Of a stretch of 64,000 bases of DNA, positions 49,417-59,499 are shown piece after piece. The position numbers and the translations under genes are program-made. Source of the stretch: an uncultured Dictyoglomota bacterium. GTDB taxonomy: Bacteria > Dictyoglomota > Dictyoglomia > Dictyoglomales > Dictyoglomaceae. The notes below the pieces were generated by a model that saw nothing but the letters and a program-made list of their open reading frames with translations, was not told where the DNA came from and did no database searches. Positions within the stretch are counted from its first letter, which is position 1; each line of letters opens with the position of its first letter. The stretch spans positions 52,315 through 116,314 of the forward strand of contig CAZZIO010000022.1 in assembly GCA_964654465.1 (NCBI GenBank), given 5' to 3'.

Positions 49417-51888
49417 TTATTTTTTCTTTATCCTAATAATAGTCAAAGAATACTTAGGAAATTCGTAAACAAAATTATCTCCAACTCCGCTAAAGGTCAT
49501 AATTTGAGGGAAAATCTTTTTAGGATTATCCATAGAATTTTCATCTTTTAAATCATTAGAAGTTAAAACAATTACCTCTGCAACAGGTAATATAGCCTTT
49601 TTAGAAATTCCTTTTAAAGAAATATTAAGCTTTTTATTTTCTTCTGAAATATTAACCACCTTTAATACTACATCTCCATTTGTATCCTCCACAGCACTAG
49701 CATAAATTTCTTTCTTTTCCATTTTGTCCTCTACATCGTGAACCAATACTCCGTCAAGGTAACAACGAATTCTATTCCCATTTACTTCGATCTTGATATC
49801 ATACCATTTATCTTCTATCACTCTAATATTAGCTGAATTTCCTACTATACTTTTTATACCATTTACAGATTTTTCTATTGCAGTATAAGAATTTCCCCAA
49901 CCTCCTATATTCCACCAGTAGAAATTATCAAAATCTTTTACACCAAACATTATAAGGAATCCTTCTCTCCCAGAATTTTTCTTTGCCTTTACATGAATAG
50001 TATAATTTTTCCATTCTTTATTTCCTGTTATAGTGAAACAATTCTCAGAAAGAGTAGATTGAGAGAATACACCATTCCTTTGTGTCCATATACCTCTAAA
50101 AACAATCCAATTTTTCATAGTATCTTTAAAATTATCCTCATAAAGTACGCTTCGAGTAATATTATCTATTATTGTTAAATCTTTATATTCAACTGCTGTT
50201 TGCCAAGATCCTAATCCTATCATTCCTGTAATATTCATTTTAGAAGGATCTGCTTGAATATTTAAATTCATAGGTAAGATATATTTCCCTCTATTCTCAT
50301 TTAGCATCTTAATTACATAATAATTAGGTGTAGCATACGAAGATTTATTATCAAACCATATAAGATTTGGTTGCCATTGACTTGCTCCTTCTTTTCCAAA
50401 TAGAGGTGCATAAGAAATCATTTTTACTACATCCGAATATTTCTCAATATTTATAAGATATGCGGCTTCTGATAATGCAGACTCTAAATTATTTCTTCTT
50501 CCTTTCCCATGGGCAGCATATTCTCCTACAAACACTTTATAATTTTTATCATAGTTGGCATATCTATCAGTATTAGATAAGAACCAATCAGGTGCCATAT
50601 AATAATGCTCATCCACTAAATCTGCTTTTCCTTTACTCTTAACCCAATTCCACCCATCATCAAAAATTTTACCACTTGGAGAAGGACCTACCCCAAAAAT
50701 TACATTTATATTGGGGTATTTTCTCTTTATAGCATCATAAAACTTCTCATATCTCACATAATAATCGTATCCCCACTGCTCATTTCCTATCTCTATAAAT
50801 TTCATATTAAAAGGTTCAGGATGCCCAAGTTGAGCTCTTATAGCTCCCCATTTTGTATTTACCGAACCATTGGCAAATTCTATTAAATCTAAAGCATCTT
50901 GTATATACTCATCAAGTTTATCCAAAGGAACCATATCATTTGGGCCACTTCCTTGAAAAGCCATACCACAATTTATAACAGGCACAGGTTCCGCTCCTAT
51001 ATCTTCACAAAATAAAAAATATTCATAAAATCCTAAACCTAAACTCTGGTAATATCCCCAAAAGTTTGGTATTGTAGGTCTCTCAGATGGATCACCAATA
51101 GTCTTCTTCCAACGATAAGCATCAGCCATTGTTCTTCCTTGTACTAAACATCCACCTGGAAATCTAACAAAGGAAGGCTTCAGATCTGCAACTAACTTTG
51201 CTAAATCATATCTAAGACCGTTTTTTCTACCTTTCCATGTGTTTTGAGGGAATAAAGATATAAAATCCAAATCTAATATTCCTTTGTGATTAACAGTAAT
51301 TACAAACCTTCCATCTTCTATCTCATTCTCACAAGTTACTGTTTTTTCATATTTTTGCCAATTTTTTCCGATTCCTTCTATAATTCCTCTAAATCCAATA
51401 TTACCTTTCCTATCCGATACTTCAAATAAAATATTTTTTATACTATCATCTGGACTTCTGGCATAAAGAGCAACTCTATAATTTTCTCCCTTTTTTACAG
51501 TAATACCATGATATCCTTGGTTAGAAATAAGTACTCCTTTATCAATACTACTTATAACAATTCGTAAATATGTGGGGTTTTTAGAGCTTATAGGATTATT
51601 CTTTTCAATAATATATCCAGCTTTATCTTTACCCAACGAATTTATAGACCAACTATGTAAAGGGGTAGGAAATTCAAATGATCTATTTTGAATTAGCTCC
51701 GCATATAATCCTCCGTCACCAGCGTAATTAATGTCTTCAAAAAAAACTCCATATAATATAGGACTAATTTCTATTCCTCTTTTTGAAGTATCAACTTCTA
51801 ATGTATCGATATTTTCAGACCCTAATTCTATACTCAACATTAAAAGCATACATATAGAAAGTAACAATAGTGTTCTTTTAAGTCTCAT
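49417..51888 (-). CDS. Secreted multidomain GH51 alpha-L-arabinofuranosidase
   Basis: Signal peptide, FFEDIN..GGLYAELIQNRSFE, RFPGGC, IGNEQW, DEHYY and GEYAAH. A DUF1080/jellyroll-like insert (WWNIGGWGN..WYDIKIEV.G..I.C..DG) sits in the C-terminal part. Confidence 0.9.
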   Translation of the reverse strand: MRLKRTLLLLSICMLLMLSIELGSENIDTLEVDTSKRGIEISPILYGVFFEDINYAGDGGLYAELIQNRSFEFPTPLHSWSINSLGKDKAGYIIEKNNPISSKNPTYLRIVISSIDKGVLISNQGYHGITVKKGENYRVALYARSPDDSIKNILFEVSDRKGNIGFRGIIEGIGKNWQKYEKTVTCENEIEDGRFVITVNHKGILDLDFISLFPQNTWKGRKNGLRYDLAKLVADLKPSFVRFPGGCLVQGRTMADAYRWKKTIGDPSERPTIPNFWGYYQSLGLGFYEYFLFCEDIGAEPVPVINCGMAFQGSGPNDMVPLDKLDEYIQDALDLIEFANGSVNTKWGAIRAQLGHPEPFNMKFIEIGNEQWGYDYYVRYEKFYDAIKRKYPNINVIFGVGPSPSGKIFDDGWNWVKSKGKADLVDEHYYMAPDWFLSNTDRYANYDKNYKVFVGEYAAHGKGRRNNLESALSEAAYLINIEKYSDVVKMISYAPLFGKEGASQWQPNLIWFDNKSSYATPNYYVIKMLNENRGKYILPMNLNIQADPSKMNITGMIGLGSWQTAVEYKDLTIIDNITRSVLYEDNFKDTMKNWIVFRGIWTQRNGVFSQSTLSENCFTITGNKEWKNYTIHVKAKKNSGREGFLIMFGVKDFDNFYWWNIGGWGNSYTAIEKSVNGIKSIVGNSANIRVIEDKWYDIKIEVNGNRIRCYLDGVLVHDVEDKMEKKEIYASAVEDTNGDVVLKVVNISEENKKLNISLKGISKKAILPVAEVIVLTSNDLKDENSMDNPKKIFPQIMTFSGVGDNFVYEFPKYSLTIIRIKKK

Positions 51889-51912
51889 TTTTTACCTCCT
51901 TTTATACTAATT

Positions 51913-51928
51913 TATGGAAACCTTTCCG
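51913..51928. promoter_or_regulatory. LacI-type operator TATGGAAACCTTTCCG
   Basis: GGAAA-CC-TTTCC palindrome 25 bp upstream of the GH51 start. Confidence 0.7.
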
Positions 51929-52152
51929 GAATAAAGTATATTAATAATTTTACATTGTCTATATATGCTATTATTGTAATTTAAACATCCATACTCTTAT
52001 AAAATTAAACTTGAACAAAGAAACCACCAAAATTTTAAAAATATCTATATTCATATTAACGTTAATTGCATCAAAATCTTACCCTTAAAAAATTTTAACT
52101 TTACATTCATCTTACTATACATCTTTATTTTTCACTAAAACTTTTACTAAAT

Positions 52153-52219
52153 AATATAAACTTAAAATTTCTTAAAGTCAAGAGTAAATGTTGACTAAAA
52201 AGAAAAAAAATAGTATAGT
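52153..52219. promoter_or_regulatory. Back-to-back divergent promoters
   Basis: Plus strand: TTGACT(52191)-17-TATAGT(52214). Minus strand: TTGACT(52181)-17-TATATT(52158). Confidence 0.6.
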
Positions 52220-52258
52220 TTATAATAAAATTTTATTAATTCAACAAAAGGGATTACC

Positions 52259-53269
52259 ATGAAACAAGAGGAGATAAAAAAGAAAGTAAAACTTAAAGAT
52301 ATAGCTAAAGCAGCTGGAGTGTCTATTTCAGCTGTGTCTTTTGCCCTTAATAATAAGGGTTCATTAAATCCAGAAACCAAAATGAAGATATTAAAAATAG
52401 CACAAGAATTAGGTTATGCTCCAGAAAGAGAATGTAAAAAAACATATACAATAGGTTTAGTTATAAGTGATGTAACAAATCCTTTTTATCCTGCTGTAGT
52501 GATTGGAGTAGAAAATGTACTCTTAAAGCATGGATACAGCTTATTTTTATGTAATACAGACTATGATCCAGACCTTGGATGTACTTCTATAAAAAGATTT
52601 ATTGATAGAAATGTTGATGGTGTAATTATAATGACAAATAGATTAGATGATTCAGTTATAGAACTTCTCAAGCTTAATAGAATTCCGGTAGTAGTTTTTG
52701 ATAGAAATATTGAGGGATTAGATGTAAGCGGACTTTTAGTAGATTTTCAGTCAGGAATATCTGAAGCAGTAACACACTTAATTAATCTAGGCCATACAGA
52801 TATTGCTATAATAACAGGACCATTAGATTTAGAAACTGCTCAAGCGAGGCTTAGGGCTTTTAAAATGGCTCTTAAAAGATACCATATTGATTTACCAGAG
52901 GATAGAATATTTGAGGGAGATTTTAAAATGAGAAGTGGAGAAGAAGCTATGAGGAAAATACTAAAGCTTGATCCAAGACCAACAGCAGTCTTTGCTTCCA
53001 ACGATATGATGGCAATAGGAGCTTTAAGAGAAGCTCAAAATCAAGGTTTAAAAATACCAGATGATATATCCATTGTAGGATTAGATGATATTATGATGGC
53101 TTCCTATGTAAACCCTCCTCTTACTACTGTGGTTTTTCCTCAACAAGAAGTAGGCTCTAAAGCAGCTGAACTAATATTGAGACTCATTGAAAAGGGAGAA
53201 AAAGTAGTATCTTATATTCACACATACCTTGTAGTGAGAAAATCTACTGGACCAGCCCCTATAAGATAA
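52259..53269 (+). CDS. LacI-family transcriptional regulator
   Basis: KLKDIAKAAGVSISAVSFALN HTH, effector domain, NDMMAIG and PPLTTV. Confidence 0.92.
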   Translation: MKQEEIKKKVKLKDIAKAAGVSISAVSFALNNKGSLNPETKMKILKIAQELGYAPERECKKTYTIGLVISDVTNPFYPAVVIGVENVLLKHGYSLFLCNTDYDPDLGCTSIKRFIDRNVDGVIIMTNRLDDSVIELLKLNRIPVVVFDRNIEGLDVSGLLVDFQSGISEAVTHLINLGHTDIAIITGPLDLETAQARLRAFKMALKRYHIDLPEDRIFEGDFKMRSGEEAMRKILKLDPRPTAVFASNDMMAIGALREAQNQGLKIPDDISIVGLDDIMMASYVNPPLTTVVFPQQEVGSKAAELILRLIEKGEKVVSYIHTYLVVRKSTGPAPIR

Positions 53270-53275
53270 AGGAAA

Positions 53276-54061
53276 TTACATTTCTCTGGCAAAAAGTGCA
53301 GCTCCTAATGCTCCCATTATTTGTGGTTCTTCAGGAACATACACATTTAACCCAAGTAAATTTTCAAGAGTTTGAACTACACCCTTGTTTTTAGCTACAC
53401 CACCACTCATAACTATATCTTTATCTATACCTACTCTTTTTGCTAATGATAATGCCCTTTTGGCCACTGAATAATTTAAGCCTTTTATTATTTTTTCTTT
53501 TTCAATACCTTCTGTAATCAGTGTTATTACTTCCGACTCAGCAAAAACAGTACATATATTAGTTATCTCAACATAATCAGGAACCATATTGTGAATATGT
53601 CCAAAATTTTTTAGATCTTCCTGAAGAACTTCTGCCATAATCTCTAAAAATCTCCCAGTTCCTGCAGCACATTTATCATTCATAACAAAATCAACAACTG
53701 CCCCATTTTTTCCTACTTTTATAACTTTAGAATCTTGTCCTCCAATATCTATTATTGTTCTTGCATTTGGGAAAATAAAACTTACTCCTTTAGCATGACA
53801 AGATATCTCTGTCTTAGTCTTATCCGTAAAATTAACCTTTACCCTTCCATATCCTGTTGCCACAATACTTTTTATCTCTTCCATTCTTATACCATGCTTA
53901 TCCAATATATCATTTATAAGCCCCAATGCCGTTTTATTTCCATCTGGACCAGTCTCCTGTATACCATAATCAATAATCTCAGTTTTATCAAAACCCCTAT
54001 CAGATATTAAAACAATCTTAGTAGTTGTAGATCCAATATCAACACCTAAGTAGTAATTCAT
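53276..54061 (-). CDS. ASKHA-type [4Fe-4S] ATPase activator of 2-hydroxyacyl-CoA dehydratase (HgdC/BcrD-like)
   Basis: GVDIGSTTTK, ATGYGR, EISCHAKG, DIGGQDSK, MNDKCAAGTG, CTVFAESE and GGVAKN. Confidence 0.92.
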   Translation of the reverse strand: MNYYLGVDIGSTTTKIVLISDRGFDKTEIIDYGIQETGPDGNKTALGLINDILDKHGIRMEEIKSIVATGYGRVKVNFTDKTKTEISCHAKGVSFIFPNARTIIDIGGQDSKVIKVGKNGAVVDFVMNDKCAAGTGRFLEIMAEVLQEDLKNFGHIHNMVPDYVEITNICTVFAESEVITLITEGIEKEKIIKGLNYSVAKRALSLAKRVGIDKDIVMSGGVAKNKGVVQTLENLLGLNVYVPEEPQIMGALGAALFAREM

Positions 54062-55284
54062 GATATCACCTCAAAAAAAGCCTCCAAACGTGTTTTTATT
54101 TGCTCTTTCGGAAAATTAGTTTCATCAATTAGATCTCCGTCTATAACTATTGTAGGAATACCCTCTTCCATAAATTTTCTTCTTAATAAATAAGAGGGTA
54201 CTGATCCTTGTCTACAACCCCATTGATTAAAAATTATTATGCCATCAGCCTTATATTTATTTACATTCTCTGTACCCAATTTAAATCTCTCCTCTAAAGT
54301 AGAAAAAGCCTTAAGATTAAGCATTTTTTTGGCTAACGATTCAAAGGGATTATTTTCATCTAAAATCTCCCAAGATATAGATGTGGATTCTTCAAATACA
54401 ATATAAGCTCCTTTTTCTCTCATCCACAAAAAGAAATCGGTTTTAAAATAAGGGCCAAGATGCATCCAATATAATCTAATTTTAGGTTTTAATTCTTTAC
54501 CTTCTTTTATTCTCCTCTTTATCTCGTCTCTTAAAGTTTTAAAAAATAGAACCCCATGCTTAGAACCAAAGGATGAAAAAATCATAGCTGCAAAATCAAG
54601 AAAATCTTTGCCATCCATAACAGTATGATCTCTCCTTAGTTCTTTAACCTCTTCAAAATATTTATATGCTTCATTAGAAAGGTGTATAGTCTTTTTTAAT
54701 TTATCATTTGCATCTTTTATATTCAACCTTTTAGACATGTAATAATATAATTCCTCAAGATTTTCAGCTAAATGATCTACTTTATCGTAAGAATCTAAGA
54801 CAAAGTACTCTCCTCCTTTTAATCTGCTAATAATATTAAAAGAATATATAGGAGAATGACATGGTTTAGTATAAGTTACAAGATAATCAGGATTAGGGAA
54901 AATATTAAGTTTTGCCAAACCTATAATTCCCCTGTGCACACTACATACATCTGCTGCACTCACAACTTCTTCGCTCTCTTGAAGGGGCCTCCTTATTAAA
55001 CCCATAGCCCCTAGAAAACCAGATGCTACCTCAGGAAGTAATGGATACAAATCTAAAGCATAGAAAATTTCTGTTGGTGTGAAAATATTTACCATTACTA
55101 CTTTTTTCTTATTACTATAGATAGAACGTACCAAATCTATAGCATAAAGATAAGAAACCTTTGTAACATGCTCGTTTTTATATCTTTTAAGTACAAATGC
55201 TTTTGCTCCCCAAAATACTGGACTAAAATTTAATAGCTTTTTTAATAGGTCATTTTTTTCATATATTATTTTCTCTATGTTCAT
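54058..55284 (-). CDS. 2-hydroxyacyl-CoA dehydratase subunit family (HGD-D)
   Basis: P.EI..A, DVCS, PCH, YKADGII..WGCR, IDGD and TRLEAF. Confidence 0.85.
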   Translation of the reverse strand: MNIEKIIYEKNDLLKKLLNFSPVFWGAKAFVLKRYKNEHVTKVSYLYAIDLVRSIYSNKKKVVMVNIFTPTEIFYALDLYPLLPEVASGFLGAMGLIRRPLQESEEVVSAADVCSVHRGIIGLAKLNIFPNPDYLVTYTKPCHSPIYSFNIISRLKGGEYFVLDSYDKVDHLAENLEELYYYMSKRLNIKDANDKLKKTIHLSNEAYKYFEEVKELRRDHTVMDGKDFLDFAAMIFSSFGSKHGVLFFKTLRDEIKRRIKEGKELKPKIRLYWMHLGPYFKTDFFLWMREKGAYIVFEESTSISWEILDENNPFESLAKKMLNLKAFSTLEERFKLGTENVNKYKADGIIIFNQWGCRQGSVPSYLLRRKFMEEGIPTIVIDGDLIDETNFPKEQIKTRLEAFFEVIS

Positions 55285-56269
55285 ATAACATCTCCATAAA
55301 AGCTTCTATGCGTGTCCTAATTTGTTCTTTGGAAGAAAGGGTATAATCATCGTCAATGATAAGAGTCGGTATATTATTCTCTTTTAGTAATTTCTTCAAT
55401 AAACCTCCATGATATATGATAGGATCACAATATTTTAGAGTGTAAATTATTACACCATCTATTTTATCCTTTATAACAAAAATTTTTTCTAACCTTTTAT
55501 TTAAACTCAGATCTCTTATACAAGACATTTTATTAAGATAATGAAAAGAAATATTATAATAAGGATCATCTTTATAAGATTCTATCCTTTCCAGATTTTT
55601 ATTACCAAAACATGAGTCAATATATTCCACCTTAATCCCAAATTGTTCTAAGTAATCGATAAAACTAACTGGAATCATAGAAGCTAATAGGTAAACTTTT
55701 ATTCTATATTCATAATCTTTTTCCTTTTCTATATAAGCCTCTCCAGAAGAAATATAGAAGTAAGATAAGAATGAATAACTATTTGAGTGGCAAATTATTT
55801 TTTCTCTTAAATTATTAAAATAAGAAACACTTTCTAATATTTTATCTTCAGATTTTCCATTTAAAAAATTCTTATAAAGATCTCTCAATTCTTTAGAGAA
55901 ATATAATACATCTTCTTCTCTCCTATCAAAGGGAATTTTTAAAAAATATGCATCTTTAACTATTCCCAATTCTTTCCAACATTCATAAATTCTCTTTGAA
56001 GAATCACAGCTATCTGTAACAACTACTTTTTCAAGGGTTATATCTTCCCTAAAAAGAAATTCACTTATATTTTTAAGATATGGACAAAAGTATTTAGGAA
56101 AATAAGAATCTACTCTCTCTGGATACAAAGAATCATAAGTTAATAATAGTGGTTTGAAACCTGAAGCGTGAATAATCTCAGGGGGGATATATGAGCACAT
56201 ATACCCCACATATCCCCCTCTTTTAATCTCATTTTTCAAAAATTCATTATATCCATATATATCTCCCAT
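55259..56269 (-). CDS. 2-hydroxyacyl-CoA dehydratase subunit family (HGD-D), Cys-rich
   Basis: VGYMCSYIPPEII, FCPY, SCD, DGVI...KYCD and QIRTRIEAF. Confidence 0.85.
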   Translation of the reverse strand: MGDIYGYNEFLKNEIKRGGYVGYMCSYIPPEIIHASGFKPLLLTYDSLYPERVDSYFPKYFCPYLKNISEFLFREDITLEKVVVTDSCDSSKRIYECWKELGIVKDAYFLKIPFDRREEDVLYFSKELRDLYKNFLNGKSEDKILESVSYFNNLREKIICHSNSYSFLSYFYISSGEAYIEKEKDYEYRIKVYLLASMIPVSFIDYLEQFGIKVEYIDSCFGNKNLERIESYKDDPYYNISFHYLNKMSCIRDLSLNKRLEKIFVIKDKIDGVIIYTLKYCDPIIYHGGLLKKLLKENNIPTLIIDDDYTLSSKEQIRTRIEAFMEMLYEHRENNI

Positions 56270-56293
56270 TAAATGGTATTATATCATCAAGTA

Positions 56294-58006
56294 TTACTTT
56301 ACTCCTTTAACTTTATCTCTTATTTCAATAAGGTCTTTCATAACATGATATAGGTTATAGGATGCTTCTTTTGTACCAAATATGTCATGTAATTCTTTAT
56401 AGAGATTATATAATCTATTATATATCTCTCTATCTTCTTTCCTTGGATTATAAACTACGTCCTTCACTCTACAAATGGCTTTCTGGGCTTCTTCCACATT
56501 TCTATAGCCACTTCTCTCATACCCCGCTGCAACTGTCCCAAATATGGCAGCCCCAAGAGCCGGAGTCTGAGAAGAGTAAGATATTTTTATAGTTTTACCT
56601 AAAACATCAGCATAAATCTGCATTATAAAAGGATTCTTTTCAGGAATTCCCCCACAAGCTATAACTTCATTTACTTTTACTCCATATTCTTCAAATCTTT
56701 CCATAATCACTCTCGCCCCAAAAGCTGTAGCTTCAATCAATGCTCTATATATTTCTTCAGGACGGGTATGTAAAGTCTGTCCTATAAGAAGCCCTGTTAG
56801 TTTTGCATCCACAAGAACAGTCCTATTACCATTATTCCAATCAAGGGCTAAAAGCCCACTTTCTCCAGTCTTTAATCTTTGAGCACGCTCAGTCAACAAT
56901 TGATGAAGATCCTTATTTCGGGCTTCCTCTCCAAAATATTCTCTTGGAGTTAAGTATTTAACAAACCAGTTAAATATATCACCTACTGCCGATTGTCCAG
57001 CCTCCAATCCATAATATCCAGGAAGTATAGATCCATCTACAATACCACATAGACCTGGTATATCAGGAATTTTCTCAGTGTTAGGAACAACCATCATATC
57101 ACATGTAGAAGTACCTATAACCTTTACAAGAATACCTGGCTTTATACCTGCTCCAACTCCTCCCATGTGTGCATCAAAAGCACCAACTGCTACTACCACA
57201 TCTCCCCTTAGTCTAAATTTTTCTGCATAATAGGGAGAAATAGTACCAAATGGTATATCAGAAGTATAAGCTTTATCATAAAGTCTGTCTCTTAAATCAG
57301 CAAGCTTTGGGTGTAATTTTCCTAAAAACTCTTTGCTTGGAAGTCCACCCCATTCAGGATTATACATAGCCTTATGACCTGCTGCACATACGCTCCTCTT
57401 TATTTCCTCTGGTTTCTGTTTACCTGTAAGCACTCCTGGGATAAAATCACATATCTCTACCCATGTATAAGCAGAATCAAAAACCTTAGGGTCTACCCGT
57501 AAACAGTGAAGAATCTTTGAAAAGAACCATTCCGATGAATATACTCCTCCATACTTTCTCAGGTAAGGATATCCTCCCTCGTTAGCTAATCTCGTGATTT
57601 CCTCAGCCTCTTCATAACTGGAATGGTCCTTCCAAAGCCATGCTAAAGCGTTAATATTATCTTTAAACTCATCGTAAAAAGCTAATGGTATTCCCTCTCT
57701 ATCTACTGGAAGTGGTGTACTACCAGTGGTATCAATTCCTATTCCTATAACATCTTCTCTTTTGAATTCTTTATTATTTTTTTCAGCCTCTATGAGAGCC
57801 CCCTCTATAGAAACCTCCAAGCCCTTTATATAATCCGCTGGGTGCTGTCTTGCCACATTGGGATTTTTAGGATCGAGAATAATTCCTGCCTCTCCATGTT
57901 CATAATTAAAAACGTAAGACCCTAATTCTTCTCCTGTATTGATATCAACCACTAAAGCTCTAACAGAGTTAGTACCATAATCAAGCCCTATAGCATATTT
58001 TCCCAT
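56294..58006 (-). CDS. araB: L-ribulokinase
   Basis: GLDYGTNSVRA, RQHP.DY, GIDTTGST, WKDH, YSSEWF, AAGHKA, EAGQSAVGD and NGNRT. Confidence 0.93.
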   Translation of the reverse strand: MGKYAIGLDYGTNSVRALVVDINTGEELGSYVFNYEHGEAGIILDPKNPNVARQHPADYIKGLEVSIEGALIEAEKNNKEFKREDVIGIGIDTTGSTPLPVDREGIPLAFYDEFKDNINALAWLWKDHSSYEEAEEITRLANEGGYPYLRKYGGVYSSEWFFSKILHCLRVDPKVFDSAYTWVEICDFIPGVLTGKQKPEEIKRSVCAAGHKAMYNPEWGGLPSKEFLGKLHPKLADLRDRLYDKAYTSDIPFGTISPYYAEKFRLRGDVVVAVGAFDAHMGGVGAGIKPGILVKVIGTSTCDMMVVPNTEKIPDIPGLCGIVDGSILPGYYGLEAGQSAVGDIFNWFVKYLTPREYFGEEARNKDLHQLLTERAQRLKTGESGLLALDWNNGNRTVLVDAKLTGLLIGQTLHTRPEEIYRALIEATAFGARVIMERFEEYGVKVNEVIACGGIPEKNPFIMQIYADVLGKTIKISYSSQTPALGAAIFGTVAAGYERSGYRNVEEAQKAICRVKDVVYNPRKEDREIYNRLYNLYKELHDIFGTKEASYNLYHVMKDLIEIRDKVKGVK

Positions 58007-58071
58007 AAAACACACCTCCTTCTATATTTTTACTAATAATTTTACTAAAAAAAATTAATAAACAAAATACC

Positions 58072-59472
58072 TCAATAGTTTAAATATTCTTTTAATTCAT
58101 AATTAAAAGATTGATCCAATATTTCATTTAAAACCTTTTTTACCTGCTCATAAGATTTTGTTCTTGGATCTCTCACTAATATCTCCTCAAGAACTTTAAT
58201 ATCTCTTGATAAAAAACCTTCAAGGACCCATTCCATTCGTAGAATTCTTGGTAATAAATAAAATATTTTTATTCTTTGAGTCAAATCCGGATCTATTTTT
58301 TCATAGTGTATTCCCTCTTTATCCACCCATACAGGCACCTCTACTATCACATCATCAGGTATTCCTGAGATAGTCCCATTATTTGGAACATTTAAAATTA
58401 ACCTCTTTTTATCTCCAAAAGTTATACCATTCATAAAGTGAATATGTTGTTCACCACTTAATTCATCTTTATTAAATATTTCAGGCCAAAGTTTAAGAAG
58501 TTTAATATCTCTACTTTTCTCAACTTCATTGGCCAATTCAATCATTCTTCTTCTCCCAAATCTCAATTGTTCATGAAATTTAGGCCTTTCAACCTCATTA
58601 TCTATGCCTCCAAATTTACCATACCATCTTTTTTTAGTTTCAAGATTATAATTGTATTTCCAAGTACCATTTCTACATGTATCACCAATGGGCAGCATCC
58701 CATAAAACTTATACATATCAAGAGACGCTGGACTCATCTGTAAATCCCAAGGATTCTTAGGTTCCCATTTCGATAATTTTTCTTCCATCCATTTATCAAG
58801 AAGATGATAAGCATTCTCTCCCTTATATAAAAATCTATTCAAAAATATACCATGATTCACACCAGCAACCTGCCATTCTACATCCTTAGTATCAAGACCA
58901 AGAGTATTGAATACTTCAAAAACTCCATTAAAACCGTGACATATACCTACAACCTTTATATCTGTAACGCGTGTTAAAAGCTGTGTTATTTCAAATACTG
59001 GATTTGCTGTCTGCAAAAGCCAAGCAGATGGTGCATATTTCTTTATATTATTAGCTATGTCAAGGGCCAATTTCATATCGTAATAAGAAATTAAAACATA
59101 AGTGTAAGTAGATACCATATTCAATTCCTGACTATCAATACCCCTATAATAACCATGCTTCTCGCCAATCTTTGTAACAATATCGTACTTTACAAAACCA
59201 TCATCATGTTCTTTTGGAAAAGGATTTGCTGTATTTATAACAAAATCTGCTCCTTCTATACCCTCTTCAAGCTTTGCTGTCTTCTCAAAATTTAAATCCA
59301 CTCCAAGCTCTTCTACATATTTCTTTGCTAAAATATAAGAGGCTTTTAATCTTTCCTCGTGAATATCAACCAATGATATGGTAGAACCATGAAAATTTGG
59401 GGTCTTTGCAATATCACCTATAATCTGCATTGAAAATCTTATACTTCCTGAACCTATAATTGTAAATTTCAT
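58072..59472 (-). CDS. GH4 NAD+/Mn-dependent glycosidase (Thermotoga-type alpha-glucuronidase/alpha-glucosidase clade)
   Basis: IIGSGSIRF, GEKHGYYRGIDSQE, QTANP, GICHG, VAGVNHG, IGDT and VEVP. Confidence 0.88.
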   Translation of the reverse strand: MKFTIIGSGSIRFSMQIIGDIAKTPNFHGSTISLVDIHEERLKASYILAKKYVEELGVDLNFEKTAKLEEGIEGADFVINTANPFPKEHDDGFVKYDIVTKIGEKHGYYRGIDSQELNMVSTYTYVLISYYDMKLALDIANNIKKYAPSAWLLQTANPVFEITQLLTRVTDIKVVGICHGFNGVFEVFNTLGLDTKDVEWQVAGVNHGIFLNRFLYKGENAYHLLDKWMEEKLSKWEPKNPWDLQMSPASLDMYKFYGMLPIGDTCRNGTWKYNYNLETKKRWYGKFGGIDNEVERPKFHEQLRFGRRRMIELANEVEKSRDIKLLKLWPEIFNKDELSGEQHIHFMNGITFGDKKRLILNVPNNGTISGIPDDVIVEVPVWVDKEGIHYEKIDPDLTQRIKIFYLLPRILRMEWVLEGFLSRDIKVLEEILVRDPRTKSYEQVKKVLNEILDQSFNYELKEYLNY

Positions 59473-59499
59473 ATAGACATCCCCCTTTGAGCTATTTTT

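Noticed and set aside
51929-52150. Long AT-rich intergenic stretch as a possible sRNA, riboswitch or origin
   Set aside because: No stable stem, repeat array or DnaA-box cluster was seen; it is consistent with a promoter/leader region.
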